This document shows positions 28,211 to 37,534 of a stretch of DNA of 64,000 bases, piece after piece. The translations under genes and the position numbers were made by a program. The stretch covers positions 1,969-65,968 of the forward strand of contig JAADII010000196.1 in assembly GCA_013151415.1 (NCBI GenBank), read 5' to 3'. Every line of letters starts with the position of its first letter. The first letter of the stretch is position 1. The notes under the pieces were generated by a model that saw nothing but the letters and a program-made list of their open reading frames with translations, was not told the origin of the DNA and did no database searches. Source of the stretch: Chloroflexota bacterium (GTDB lineage: Bacteria > Chloroflexota > Anaerolineae > J102).

Positions 28211-28768
28211 ATGCGCACTATTGTTGACACCGGCGCGTATGGCGAATATTTGCATTATGGTCTGCCTTTGACGCTTGTCACGGTTCAGGGGCCAGATGGA
28301 CGCGTCAATGTTTCAACCAACGCTTCCATCGCGCCATTGCCCGGTGACGAGAACCGATTGGCCATGGGAGTGCTCAAGGTGAATTACACGAATGAGCTCA
28401 TTGCCCAGAGCAGAGAATTTGCAGTCAATGTACTAACCTCTGAGATGCGGGCCATTGCTCGTCAGTGCGGTTATATTTCGGGAACCGAGGTGGACAAACT
28501 GGCCCTTTGCGGTCTGACCACCATTCCGGCTCGCTACATTGGCGCGCCCCTCATCGAACAGTGCCCGCTTAATATCGAGTGTCGGGTGGAAGATGTGCAT
28601 GATTTAGGGGATATTGATCTCTGGATAGCGAAAATCCTGGCGGTCGAGGTTGACGAGGCGTGGTCCAATGGTCGAGGCGGCGTGAATCTTCAGCATTATG
28701 ATTTGCTTATTTATGCGTTCGGTCACACGTTCAAGCTTGGCCCCATGGTTGGCCTGGGTGGATTATAA
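28211..28768 (+). CDS. Flavin reductase-like FMN-binding protein
   Basis: REFAVN, GYISG.EVDKL, APLIEQCPLNIEC.V, GDIDLWIAKI; SD AAGGAG. Confidence 0.85.
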   Translation: MRTIVDTGAYGEYLHYGLPLTLVTVQGPDGRVNVSTNASIAPLPGDENRLAMGVLKVNYTNELIAQSREFAVNVLTSEMRAIARQCGYISGTEVDKLALCGLTTIPARYIGAPLIEQCPLNIECRVEDVHDLGDIDLWIAKILAVEVDEAWSNGRGGVNLQHYDLLIYAFGHTFKLGPMVGLGGL

Positions 28769-28822
28769 TGGTTCGCGGCTCGTTTCGGCTCAGAATGCCA
28801 GCAAACGTTTAGGATAATTGCC

Positions 28823-29134
28823 ATGACGACGATCTCTTTTCTCATCACAACGGCAAATGCAAGCCGAGAAGCCTACTATGAATTGGAGGAGCAGATCTTG
28901 GATGCGCCCGGCGCGGACGCCTTTTTCGAAGAAGATTCCAATGGCTTGCGGGTGACGGCTCGCGTCGAGGCTTTACCGCAGGTCGTCTCTATTCTTTACG
29001 GTTGGTGCAGCGAGCATCAACGCGTCTCCACAACGAAAGTGGCATGCGCCAGTGGCGCGGCGCGTTCATTGCTGACCGATGGCCCCAACGAGATCGTTGA
29101 TTTTTTAGCCAACTGCGAGATGGAGGCTGGGTGA
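28823..29134 (+). CDS. Hypothetical protein, 103 aa
   Basis: Fits between same-strand neighbours; no confident family. Confidence 0.6.
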   Translation: MTTISFLITTANASREAYYELEEQILDAPGADAFFEEDSNGLRVTARVEALPQVVSILYGWCSEHQRVSTTKVACASGAARSLLTDGPNEIVDFLANCEMEAG

Positions 29135-29144
29135 TGAGAAGCCA

Positions 29145-30227
29145 TTGGCGCTTTTCGTCATCGGCTGCTCATCAAGCGCTTTTCGGGAGCCGGTCCTCTT
29201 GGGCGGTCAACTGACTCATAGTCGAGAGGTGAATTGGAGCGACGCCATTTGGGATGCGTTCGTGTCGAATCATCGCGCGGCTCATCCATTGCAATTGAGC
29301 GCCTGGGGCCGGTTGAAGCGCGCTTTTGGGTGGGAGGATGTTCGGTTTGCCTGGATGGAGGGGGATGAGATCAAGGCGGGGGTGCAGGTGCTCTTTCGCC
29401 CTTTGCCGCGCGCCCGGCTCTTGCCTTTGCGCATTGCTTATGTTCCCAAAGGGCCGTTGGTGGATTGGGAAAACGAGACGCAAACACGCGCTTTTTTGGA
29501 TGCGGTGTGGCGTTATTGTCGCCGTCATGGGGCCTTATTGCTCAAGTTGGAGCCCGAAGCGCCCGATTCGCCCCAGCTGGCGGCGCGCCTGGTCCGCCTG
29601 GGGTTTCGTCCCAGCAAACGCACCATTCAGCCTCGCACCACTGTGTGGATCGACCTGACCCCGCCAGAGGAAGAAATTTTGGCTCGGATGAAACAAAAAT
29701 GGCGTTACAATGTGCGCTTGGCCGCTCGGAAAGGCGTGCGCGTGCGCAAGGGCGACGATGCCGATGTGGAGACGTTTATCCGTTTGATGGTTATGACAGG
29801 CGAGCGCAATGCATTTGGCGTGCATAGCCCCGAATATTATCGTCGGTTTTGGAAATTGTTTGCAGCCGAAGGGCGCGTCGCGTTGTTATTGGCCGAATAC
29901 CAGGACGAGGCGTTGGCTGCATTGATGGTCGTCCGCCTTGCAGGACGGGCCTATTATCTTTTTGGCGCATCGAGCAACCGCCATCGAAACCGAATGCCCA
30001 ACCATCTCTTGCAATGGGAGACCATGCGTTGGGCCAAAAGCGCTGGCTGCACGCACTATGATTTATGGGGCGCGCCCGATGAAATCGGTCTTGATCCCAA
30101 CGCGCCCATACCTGATTCGCTTACTGGCTTGTGGGGCGTGTGGCGGTTTAAGCGTGGATTTGGGGGCGAAGTGGTGCGTTATATCGGGGCCTGGAACCGA
30201 TCGCTCGCGCCCCTCTCGCTGCTTTGA
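29145..30227 (+). CDS. FemAB/FemX-family peptidoglycan peptidyltransferase
   Basis: HPLQLSAWG, AYVPKGP, LKLEP, IQPRTT..IDL, KWRYNVRLA..KGV, MPNHLLQW, YDLWG, FKRGFGG. Confidence 0.88.
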   Translation: MALFVIGCSSSAFREPVLLGGQLTHSREVNWSDAIWDAFVSNHRAAHPLQLSAWGRLKRAFGWEDVRFAWMEGDEIKAGVQVLFRPLPRARLLPLRIAYVPKGPLVDWENETQTRAFLDAVWRYCRRHGALLLKLEPEAPDSPQLAARLVRLGFRPSKRTIQPRTTVWIDLTPPEEEILARMKQKWRYNVRLAARKGVRVRKGDDADVETFIRLMVMTGERNAFGVHSPEYYRRFWKLFAAEGRVALLLAEYQDEALAALMVVRLAGRAYYLFGASSNRHRNRMPNHLLQWETMRWAKSAGCTHYDLWGAPDEIGLDPNAPIPDSLTGLWGVWRFKRGFGGEVVRYIGAWNRSLAPLSLL

Positions 30228-30230
30228 AAA

Positions 30231-30310
30231 TAGACGATAAGACCATAAGACGATAGGACGATGAGGTTAGGTTTGGCCATGGTCTCTTCGTCCTATGGTC
30301 CCATCGTCTA
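30231..30310. repeat. Imperfect palindromic array of 8-bp units (GAC[G/C]AT[A/G][A/G])
   Basis: GACGATAA GACCATAA GACGATAG GACGATGA (30233-30264), then a reverse-complement arm GGTCTCTTCGTCCTATGGTCCCATCGTCTA (30281-30310). Confidence 0.7.
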
Positions 30311-30485
30311 CTTTGGTCTACGTTGGTCGGCGCAAGCGATCCGCCGCAAGCAAGCCCGCGGTCGGACGGCTTTGAAAACAAGATCGGGCGCTATTTACAG
30401 CTCGCCTTTCATCTGTTACAATAGTTGGCGACATGTTTTGTCATTTGATACGGGTTTCCTTGGTTCTCTTGATAGGAGCGTCGCT

Positions 30486-31292
30486 ATGATAGGCTTTGCT
30501 GTTTTTGTTTTCATTTTATTGATCATCGCGCTTTCGGCCATCAAAGTCGTGCAAGAGTATGAACGGGGCGTGGTGTTTCGTTTGGGGCGTTTTGTCGGCG
30601 TGCGCGGGCCCGGCCTTATCATCCTTGTTCCCTTTATCGAGCGTATGCGCAAAGTGGACTTGCGCGTGGTTACGCTGGATGTGCCCACCCAAGAGGCCAT
30701 TACTCGCGACAATGTCACCGTGCAGGTGAACGCCGTGGTTTATTTCCATGTGTTGGACCCTGACAAAGCCGTGATCAACGTAGAAGATTATCGGCGCGCC
30801 ACCGCACAGATCGCGCAAACCACGCTGCGTTCGGTCATTGGTCAGCACGAGTTGGATGATATTCTCGCCCGCCGCGAACGCATCAATATGGAATTGCAGC
30901 GCGTTATAGACGATGCCACCGAGCCGTGGGGCATCAAGGTCACGGTTGTGGAGGTGAAAGATGTAGGTTTGCCCGCGAGCATGCAGCGGGCCATGGCCAA
31001 GCAAGCCGAGGCCGAACGCGAACGACGCGCAAAGATCATCCATGCCGAGGGCGAGTACACGGCTTCGAAACAATTGGCGCGAGCGGCTGATGTGATGGCC
31101 GCCTCGCCGGGCACGCTTCAGTTGCGTTACCTTTCCACATTGACCGAGATCGCGGTGGAGCAAAACTCGACCATTGTCTTCCCATTGCCTTTGGAGCTGC
31201 TCAGGGCCTTTATGCCCCATATGCCGGAGCAAGCGGCGACCACCGAATCCACCTCTTCATCAGAGCCTGAAGAGCAGAACCCTTTAGACTAA
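30486..31292 (+). CDS. SPFH/stomatin (slipin) family membrane protein
   Basis: [57 protein letters not shown]; SD AGGAG. Confidence 0.93.
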   Translation: MIGFAVFVFILLIIALSAIKVVQEYERGVVFRLGRFVGVRGPGLIILVPFIERMRKVDLRVVTLDVPTQEAITRDNVTVQVNAVVYFHVLDPDKAVINVEDYRRATAQIAQTTLRSVIGQHELDDILARRERINMELQRVIDDATEPWGIKVTVVEVKDVGLPASMQRAMAKQAEAERERRAKIIHAEGEYTASKQLARAADVMAASPGTLQLRYLSTLTEIAVEQNSTIVFPLPLELLRAFMPHMPEQAATTESTSSSEPEEQNPLD

Positions 31293-31385
31293 AGGCGTAG
31301 AATCCCACCCGAGGAGCGCGTCCATTCTCAATTTGGACGCCCGTCTCCGCGCTTGCCGAGCGCCCCCCTTTTCTAGAAGGCGATC

Positions 31386-32012
31386 ATGGCTGAATGGCGA
31401 CGACATGCGCCCATCATCCTGGCCACCTCCCTAGTTTGGGCCCTTTTTTTCGGGGCATACTTGCTCTTTGGGCAACGTCGTCCCCCGGTTCAGCCCATCG
31501 AGATCGTTCCTCCGCCCACTCTCGTCCCCACAAGAGTCGCTGAAACGCCCACCCCCGCGCGGCTTCGCGTTTACGTGAGCGGCGCGGTCGTTTCTCCTGG
31601 CGTATACCGGCTGGCCCCAGATAGCCTGGTGGAGGACGCCATCAACGCGGCCGGCGGCGCGGCCGCAAACGCGGATTTGATCGCCATCAACCTGGCTCAC
31701 CCTTTAAGCGATGGCGAGCAAATATACGTTCCTCTCCAGGGAGAGAGCGATAGACCCTCCATCAACTCCTCCCAATCCTCAAGCCAGCAACCCGTTTCAA
31801 CCGATCGAGCCGCTCCCTCCACGGGAAAGCGCATCGATCTGAACAGGGCCACGGCGGCCGAACTGGAAACCCTTTCCGGTGTTGGGCCCAAGACCGCCGC
31901 GGCTATCATCGAGGGCCGCCCTTACGCCACGGTGGATGATTTATTGCGCGTCAAGGGCATTGGTCCCGCCACATTGGAAAAGCTGCGCCCCCATGTCACT
32001 GTGGGTGAGTGA
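31386..32012 (+). CDS. comEA: ComEA-family DNA-binding protein (TM, SLBB, HhH)
   Basis: VYVSGAVVSPGVY, INLA..LSDGEQIYVP, IDLNRATAAELETLSGVGPKTA, VKGIG. Confidence 0.9.
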   Translation: MAEWRRHAPIILATSLVWALFFGAYLLFGQRRPPVQPIEIVPPPTLVPTRVAETPTPARLRVYVSGAVVSPGVYRLAPDSLVEDAINAAGGAAANADLIAINLAHPLSDGEQIYVPLQGESDRPSINSSQSSSQQPVSTDRAAPSTGKRIDLNRATAAELETLSGVGPKTAAAIIEGRPYATVDDLLRVKGIGPATLEKLRPHVTVGE

Positions 32013-32017
32013 ACGCC

Positions 32018-32407
32018 ATGAATCCAGCGTTGCTTGCGCTCATCCTTGTTCCCATCATCACGCATCGCTGGGCGCGACGCGGTCGAGCGCAGCGCGTTTG
32101 GCTGCTGACCGGGATCGCGTTTGGCCTTGTTGTGGCGCCATTTGCGCTCGCCCTTTACACAACCTCTTATCTAGCGAGTTATTTGCCGGCGGGGCTACGC
32201 AGCCTCGGTTTCATTCTCGGTTTTCCCGGCTTTATTCTTACGAGAGTTCACGAAGCGCCGGCCATGATATTGGTTTCGTGGTTCGATATGACCGTTCCCG
32301 CCAATAGAATGAGCTATATTTTTCTGGAAGCGATCAACGGTGTTGTGTGGGCCGCGATATATGGCGGTTTGGGTTGGGCGCTGGATCAGCGGCGCGCGCG
32401 TATTTGA
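32018..32407 (+). CDS. Hypothetical membrane protein
   Basis: Several hydrophobic helices; starts just after comEA. Confidence 0.6.
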   Translation: MNPALLALILVPIITHRWARRGRAQRVWLLTGIAFGLVVAPFALALYTTSYLASYLPAGLRSLGFILGFPGFILTRVHEAPAMILVSWFDMTVPANRMSYIFLEAINGVVWAAIYGGLGWALDQRRARI

Positions 32408-32431
32408 CAGACGCGCCGAAATGCGTATAAT
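32404..32431 (+). promoter_or_regulatory. Consensus sigma70 promoter for the tRNA pair
   Basis: TTGACA (32404-32409), 16 nt, TATAAT (32426-32431). Confidence 0.85.
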
Positions 32432-32445
32432 TAAGTCATAAGCAA

Positions 32446-32517
<72 letters not shown>

Positions 32518-32557
32518 CTCGAACAGGCCCTGGAGTCACGCCCAGGGCCTTCCATAT

Positions 32558-32631
32558 GGCGACGTAGCTCAGGAGGTCAGAGCAAGCGGCTCATAATCGC
32601 TGTGTCGGTGGTTCGAGTCCACCCGTCGCCA
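32558..32631 (+). tRNA. tRNA with CAT anticodon (elongator Met more likely; Ile2/lysidine not excluded)
   Basis: GGCGACG/CGTCGCC acceptor stem, AGCGG-CTCATAA-TCGCT anticodon arm, GGTGG-TTCGAGT-CCACC T-arm. Confidence 0.92.
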
Positions 32632-32638
32632 CCTGTTC

Positions 32639-32675
32639 AAACGCTGTTCGCGCAATACGCGAACAGCGTTTTTTA
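32639..32675. terminator. Intrinsic terminator after the tRNAs, probably bidirectional with glgP
   Basis: AAACGCTGTTCGCG / CAATA / CGCGAACAGCGTTT followed by a T-run. Confidence 0.88.
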
Positions 32676-32696
32676 TGGGCCGGGGTCGTTGGGCTT

Positions 32697-35249
32697 TTAG
32701 CTTGCCCATTTCACCAAGGCCATCTCGAATTTGTGGGTGAGAAGAGGATGCCGGGGCAATACGCGCACGCCATAACCGAAGCGTCCATTCCGATCGAACG
32801 TAAGCGCGCCCTTATATCGAATGCCGCCATCAGGCTGAACGCCGTCCGCTTTCATCTCGACCACGCGAATTCCATGAATTTCGTCGTTTTCGCGCCACCC
32901 CCAGGCGATCTCCACCTGCAACTCATCGGCGGAAAGAGGCCCGGGATATAGCCGCGCCTCCAACTCGATGGTTGCGCCCACCTGCACATGTTCTTGCCTG
33001 GCTCGCTCCGCGCTGAGACGCACTTGATGCCAATGCATGTATACGCGCTCTTTCCAGGCCGCGAGCTCGCGAGCCGCGGCAAATTCTTGGGCCGTCATGC
33101 GTTTTCCGGCCGCTGCCGCGGGTAAATAAAGGCGATTGACATAGTCCTTCACCTGCCGGCTCATAGAAAACGCCGGACCGCAAGAGCGAATGGACTCTTT
33201 CATGATGGCCAGCCAGCGCGGAGGCAGGCCCAGCTCGTTGCGTTCGAAAAACGCGGGTATCACCTCATTTTCTAAAAGATAATAAAGCGCGGCCGCATCC
33301 GCGTCGTCCTGCACCTCCTCACTTTTGTATTCTCGATCTTCACCAATGGCCCAACCGTTCTTGCCATTGTAGCCTTCGTCCCACCAACCGTCCAATACCG
33401 AAAGATTGGGGATGCCATTGAGCGCGGCTTTCTGCCCGCTGGTGCCGCTGGCCTCATTGGGCCGACGCGGGTTGTTCAACCACACATCCACGCCTTGCAC
33501 CAAATGGCGGGCGATATTCATATCGTAATCTTCGATGAAGATAATACGTCCCTCGAATTCGGGCGTGTTGGATAATTGATGCACTTGCTTGATCAACGCC
33601 TTGCCCGGCTCATCGGCGGGGTGCGCTTTGCCCGAGAAAATGATCTGCACCGGTCGTTCGGGATGGCTGAGAATGCGACGAATGCGTTCGAGATCGCGAA
33701 AAATGAGCGTAGCGCGCTTGTACGTGGCGAACCGTCGCGCAAAGCCAATGGTCAGCGCGTTGGGATCTAGTAAGTCATAGGCCGCGGCCACCACGGCTGG
33801 CGATTCACCATGCCTTCGCCGTTGTCGAGCCACCCGCTCGCGCAGAAAATCCAGAGCCTTGCGCCGCAATTGCTGGTGCGCGTCCCAAAGCTCTTTGTCG
33901 GGAATATCCGCAACGCCTTGCCAGGGGTCGGGCGAATCCGGTTCTTCGCGCCACTCTCCGTGAAAATAAAGATCGTAAAGCTCGGCCAGTTCAGGCGCGA
34001 GCCAGGTGTCGGTGTGAACGCCGTTGGTGACATGGGTGATGGGAACCTCCTCCACCGGCGTATCGGGCCACAGACCCCGCCACATTTTGCGAGCGACATG
34101 ACCGTGCAGGGCGCTCACGCCGTTCACGAAGTGGGCGAAACGTATGGCCAACACGGTCATGGAAAAACGCTCACCCCACGGAGTCCGCCAGCGGGCCAGA
34201 TTCATAAACCCTTCGCGATCCAAACCCATTTGCCCCCAATAGGAGCGGAAGAAACGTTCGATCATGTCGAAGGGGAAGGCGTCGTTGCCTGCGGGCACGG
34301 GCGTGTGGGTGGTGAACACCGAGCTCGAGGCCACAACCTGCTGCGCCTGGAAAAAACTTAGCCGATGCTCTTGCACCAGCTCGCGCACGCGTTCCAAGCT
34401 GAGAAACGCTGCATGCCCCTCATTCATGTGCCAGACTGTGGGCTTCAGGCCAATGGCCCGCAACGCGCGCACGCCGCCAATGCCCAACACCACCTCTTGG
34501 GCGATGCGCAGTTCCATATCGCCGCCATAAAGTCGGGCCGAAAGTTCGCGATCGGCCGGCGCGTTTTTCTCGACGTCGGTGTCGAGAAGATAGAGTGAAA
34601 CCCGGCCAATTCGCAATTGCCACACGCGCGCGAAGACATCCCGGCCTGGTAGTTGCACGCTAATGAGCACTTCGTCACCGTTGGGGTCGGTCGCGGGAAC
34701 GGCCGGTAGATCCGTGAAATCGAGTTTTTCGTACGAGGCGTATTGCTCGCCATCTTCGCCGATGCGCTGCGTGAAGTAGCCCTGCGGATAAAGAAACCCA
34801 ACGCCCACGAATGGCAAGCCCAAATCGCTGGCCGATTTGCAATGGTCGCCTGATAGAATGCCCAAGCCGCCAGAATAGATGGGAAGCGATTCGTGCAGTC
34901 CGAATTCGGCTGAAAAGTAGGCGATGAGCTCGGTTTCGGCCTGAGCGCAGTGACGATGATACCAGGTTTCTTTGTGGTTCATATAGGCGTCGAACGCGGC
35001 GCACACTTGCTCCAAGTCGTCCAGGAAGCTCCGGTTTCGCGCCAGCGCGTCTAATTGCTCAGGCGCGACGGAATGCAAAAGTTTGACGGGGTTATGATTC
35101 GTCTCCTCCCACAAATCAGGATCAATGCGCTCGAAAAGCGCGTGCGCCTGAGGCGACCAGGTCCACCATAAATTGTAGGCCAACTCGTTCAGACGTTCGA
35201 TAGGCTTGGGAAGAACAGGCTGAACGGCAATGGTTCCGAGTAATCTCAT
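32697..35249 (-). CDS. glgP: Alpha-glucan (glycogen/maltodextrin) phosphorylase
   Basis: AYNLWWTW, YFSAEFGL..SLPIYSGGLG, HMNEGH, FARRFATYKR, EASGTSGQKAALNG. Confidence 0.96.
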   Translation of the reverse strand: MRLLGTIAVQPVLPKPIERLNELAYNLWWTWSPQAHALFERIDPDLWEETNHNPVKLLHSVAPEQLDALARNRSFLDDLEQVCAAFDAYMNHKETWYHRHCAQAETELIAYFSAEFGLHESLPIYSGGLGILSGDHCKSASDLGLPFVGVGFLYPQGYFTQRIGEDGEQYASYEKLDFTDLPAVPATDPNGDEVLISVQLPGRDVFARVWQLRIGRVSLYLLDTDVEKNAPADRELSARLYGGDMELRIAQEVVLGIGGVRALRAIGLKPTVWHMNEGHAAFLSLERVRELVQEHRLSFFQAQQVVASSSVFTTHTPVPAGNDAFPFDMIERFFRSYWGQMGLDREGFMNLARWRTPWGERFSMTVLAIRFAHFVNGVSALHGHVARKMWRGLWPDTPVEEVPITHVTNGVHTDTWLAPELAELYDLYFHGEWREEPDSPDPWQGVADIPDKELWDAHQQLRRKALDFLRERVARQRRRHGESPAVVAAAYDLLDPNALTIGFARRFATYKRATLIFRDLERIRRILSHPERPVQIIFSGKAHPADEPGKALIKQVHQLSNTPEFEGRIIFIEDYDMNIARHLVQGVDVWLNNPRRPNEASGTSGQKAALNGIPNLSVLDGWWDEGYNGKNGWAIGEDREYKSEEVQDDADAAALYYLLENEVIPAFFERNELGLPPRWLAIMKESIRSCGPAFSMSRQVKDYVNRLYLPAAAAGKRMTAQEFAAARELAAWKERVYMHWHQVRLSAERARQEHVQVGATIELEARLYPGPLSADELQVEIAWGWRENDEIHGIRVVEMKADGVQPDGGIRYKGALTFDRNGRFGYGVRVLPRHPLLTHKFEMALVKWAS

Positions 35250-35392
35250 GAAAAACTCCGGTTTATGAGGTGATGATCAGGATTCAAAACTTCGGGGTGG
35301 AAATTGGGCAAACCAGGCCTCGAAGTCGCGCTTGACCAGCCATTGTGCATGTTGTCAAGCGTTCTGGACAGGCATTGATGGATGCTCGCGCT

Positions 35393-36541
35393 TTATGCTT
35401 TTGGGAATTTTTCAAAGGAAGCGACGCGACGGCCAGCCAACACATCGTAAAAGAGCGTTTCGTAAGCGTCAGTGACCGCGTCCCAGGTGTAATATTTTTC
35501 GGCGCGAGCTTTGGCGGCCGCGCGATAGGCCGCGACCCGATCAGGGTTTTGCAGCAGTTCTTGCAACAGGGCGCGCAACGCTTCGCTTCCGCGTTGGCCG
35601 TCGTAACTTAGGCCCGCATCACCTATGGTTTCCAGATTTTCGGGGGTGTCATGCACAATGACGCAATTGCCAAAGGCCATGGCCTCGACCAAGGCCGGAT
35701 GGGTGCCGCCCACGCCCGAGGTGAGGGCGAATGCGTAGGCGTTGCTGGCCAACTCCCAATATCCCTCGCCAAACACATAGCCGGTGAAAACCACCCGCGG
35801 ATCATGCGTCGAGCGAAGCTGGGCCTTGTATTCGTCGGCGTAGGCCGCGTCGCCCACGATGACGCATTTCATGTCGGTTTCCAGCCCTTGCCAGGCTTCC
35901 ACCAGATGATGAGCGCAATTTTCTGGCACCAAGCGCCCCACAAAGAGCACATATTTCCTTGGTTCAAGGCCGAAGCGAGCCAGGGTGGGACCGGGCGGAC
36001 GGGTTGGCAATTCCGCGCCGTAAGCAATGTACGTTGTGGGAATGCCATACACATCTCGATAATACTGCTGCACGACGCGCGAGTCGGTTACGACCGCGTT
36101 GGCCAATGGGCCGGCCAGGCGCTCGGCCAGTTGAATGTATTTTTTGGCCGGAAGAGGCCATTTTTCCCGTTTCCAGTCTAGCCCATCAACGTTGATGATG
36201 GTTTTTTGTCCGGCCAGGCGCGGAATCCACACCACCGGGCTATTGCCGGCAATAAAGTAGAGCGCGATGTCGTATCTTTCTTTTAGGCCATGAAGACTGG
36301 AAAGAAAAGAGTGAGTGATGGTGTCGAGGTATTTGTTGGCCACCGTGGGCAATTTGACCAATCTCATGCCCCGATATGTGGGTTTGTCATACATGATATG
36401 GTGACTGCGCGCATACACGGTGACGCGATGACCGCGTTTGACCAATCGCGAACCGAGTTGTTCGACGCAGGTTTCGAAACCCGAATAGGAGGCCGGAACC
36501 CCCCGCGTGCCCATCAGCGCGATGTTTAGTGGTTTTCGCAT
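35393..36541 (-). CDS. GT4 glycosyltransferase (DUF1972-type N-terminus)
   Basis: MGTRGVPASYSGFET, NVDGLDWKREKW, VGRLVPEN, GTHPALVEAM. Confidence 0.85.
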   Translation of the reverse strand: MRKPLNIALMGTRGVPASYSGFETCVEQLGSRLVKRGHRVTVYARSHHIMYDKPTYRGMRLVKLPTVANKYLDTITHSFLSSLHGLKERYDIALYFIAGNSPVVWIPRLAGQKTIINVDGLDWKREKWPLPAKKYIQLAERLAGPLANAVVTDSRVVQQYYRDVYGIPTTYIAYGAELPTRPPGPTLARFGLEPRKYVLFVGRLVPENCAHHLVEAWQGLETDMKCVIVGDAAYADEYKAQLRSTHDPRVVFTGYVFGEGYWELASNAYAFALTSGVGGTHPALVEAMAFGNCVIVHDTPENLETIGDAGLSYDGQRGSEALRALLQELLQNPDRVAAYRAAAKARAEKYYTWDAVTDAYETLFYDVLAGRRVASFEKFPKA

Positions 36542-36667
36542 AGGTCATTGGACGAGAAGGCGATGGCGACGGCGGCGCGAAGCGGCGTTTCGTCGAGTCA
36601 AACCATCTAAGAGGCATTATAGATCAAGGAGGCGGGTTTTCAAAGCGGAAATCCAGGCGCCCATTCA

Positions 36668-37522
36668 TTACAGCCCGCCAAATTCGCGGCGCAAGGCTTC
36701 GGCGTCGCCTCTCAATTTGGGATCGTCGTTGAGAGCCAGGAATTGTTCGAGAATCTGTAAAGCCAGTTCGCGTTGTCCGCTTCGACCCAAACCCAATGCC
36801 AGGGGCAAAAGCAATTGAGCGTCTTGGGGTCGGATGATGTAGGCCTGTGCAAACTCGTCGGCCGCGAGCGCATAGCGTTGCAGGTTAAGATAGGCCGAGC
36901 CCAAAAGGCGATGCGCCCAATAATGGTTTGGATCAAGCGCGACCGCTCGCTGTAGCGGCGGCGCGGCTTTGTCGCTGCGGCCGAGGCCCAACCAGGCCGC
37001 CCCCAGACCAGCGTTGGCCTCGACATTGGCGAGATCGAGCTCGAGCGCTCGTTCATAGGCCGCGATTGCAGCCTCGAAATCCTGGTCGATGCGCAGACGG
37101 TCCCCTCGCAACTGCCAAAGAAAGGCCTGGGTTTTGGTCGGCAGCGCTTCCAACAATCCCGCCTCTTGAAGCGCTACAAAGGCGTCGGCATCGATGCGCG
37201 TGGGAAGCCAGAAGATGGTCTCGCTCCCGTCGCTCAAGGGCTCTGCTTCACGCGCTTCAAGCCATGTGCGTAAGAGCGCCTGTTGCGGTTGCCGCTCGAG
37301 CGCATCTTTGGGCGCATATAGCCAGATATCTTCGACCTTTGGAGGCAATCCAACGATAGCCTCAATGGAAAGTTTTTCATATCCATCTGGCGCATCAGCG
37401 ACAAATGTGATGTGGCGACCAGGGAGCATGCGCGCGCGTTCGGCCAGGCTTGTCTGTTCGGCGACAGGTGACGCACAAGCCAGAAAAAGCAGTGACAGTA
37501 ACAGAAAAGTCCAGCTTTTCAT
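36668..37522 (-). CDS. TPR-repeat lipoprotein
   Basis: Lipobox FLAC; TPR patterns AIAAYERALELD, LQRAVALDP. Confidence 0.75.
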   Translation of the reverse strand: MKSWTFLLLSLLFLACASPVAEQTSLAERARMLPGRHITFVADAPDGYEKLSIEAIVGLPPKVEDIWLYAPKDALERQPQQALLRTWLEAREAEPLSDGSETIFWLPTRIDADAFVALQEAGLLEALPTKTQAFLWQLRGDRLRIDQDFEAAIAAYERALELDLANVEANAGLGAAWLGLGRSDKAAPPLQRAVALDPNHYWAHRLLGSAYLNLQRYALAADEFAQAYIIRPQDAQLLLPLALGLGRSGQRELALQILEQFLALNDDPKLRGDAEALRREFGGL

Positions 37523-37534
37523 CGCGACGTTATC

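Noticed and set aside
30231-30310. Possible mini-CRISPR interpretation of the short repeats
   Set aside because: Units are 8 bp, abutting, with no spacers, and there are no cas genes in the window.
32631-32700. tRNA 3' end as an integration site
   Set aside because: No integrase or duplicated tRNA 3' fragment seen; a terminator and glgP follow directly.
35329-35361. Inverted repeat CGCTTGAC-N17-GTCAAGCG upstream of glgP
   Set aside because: A single 8-bp arm pair with no second copy seen and no cognate regulator; cannot be distinguished from chance.
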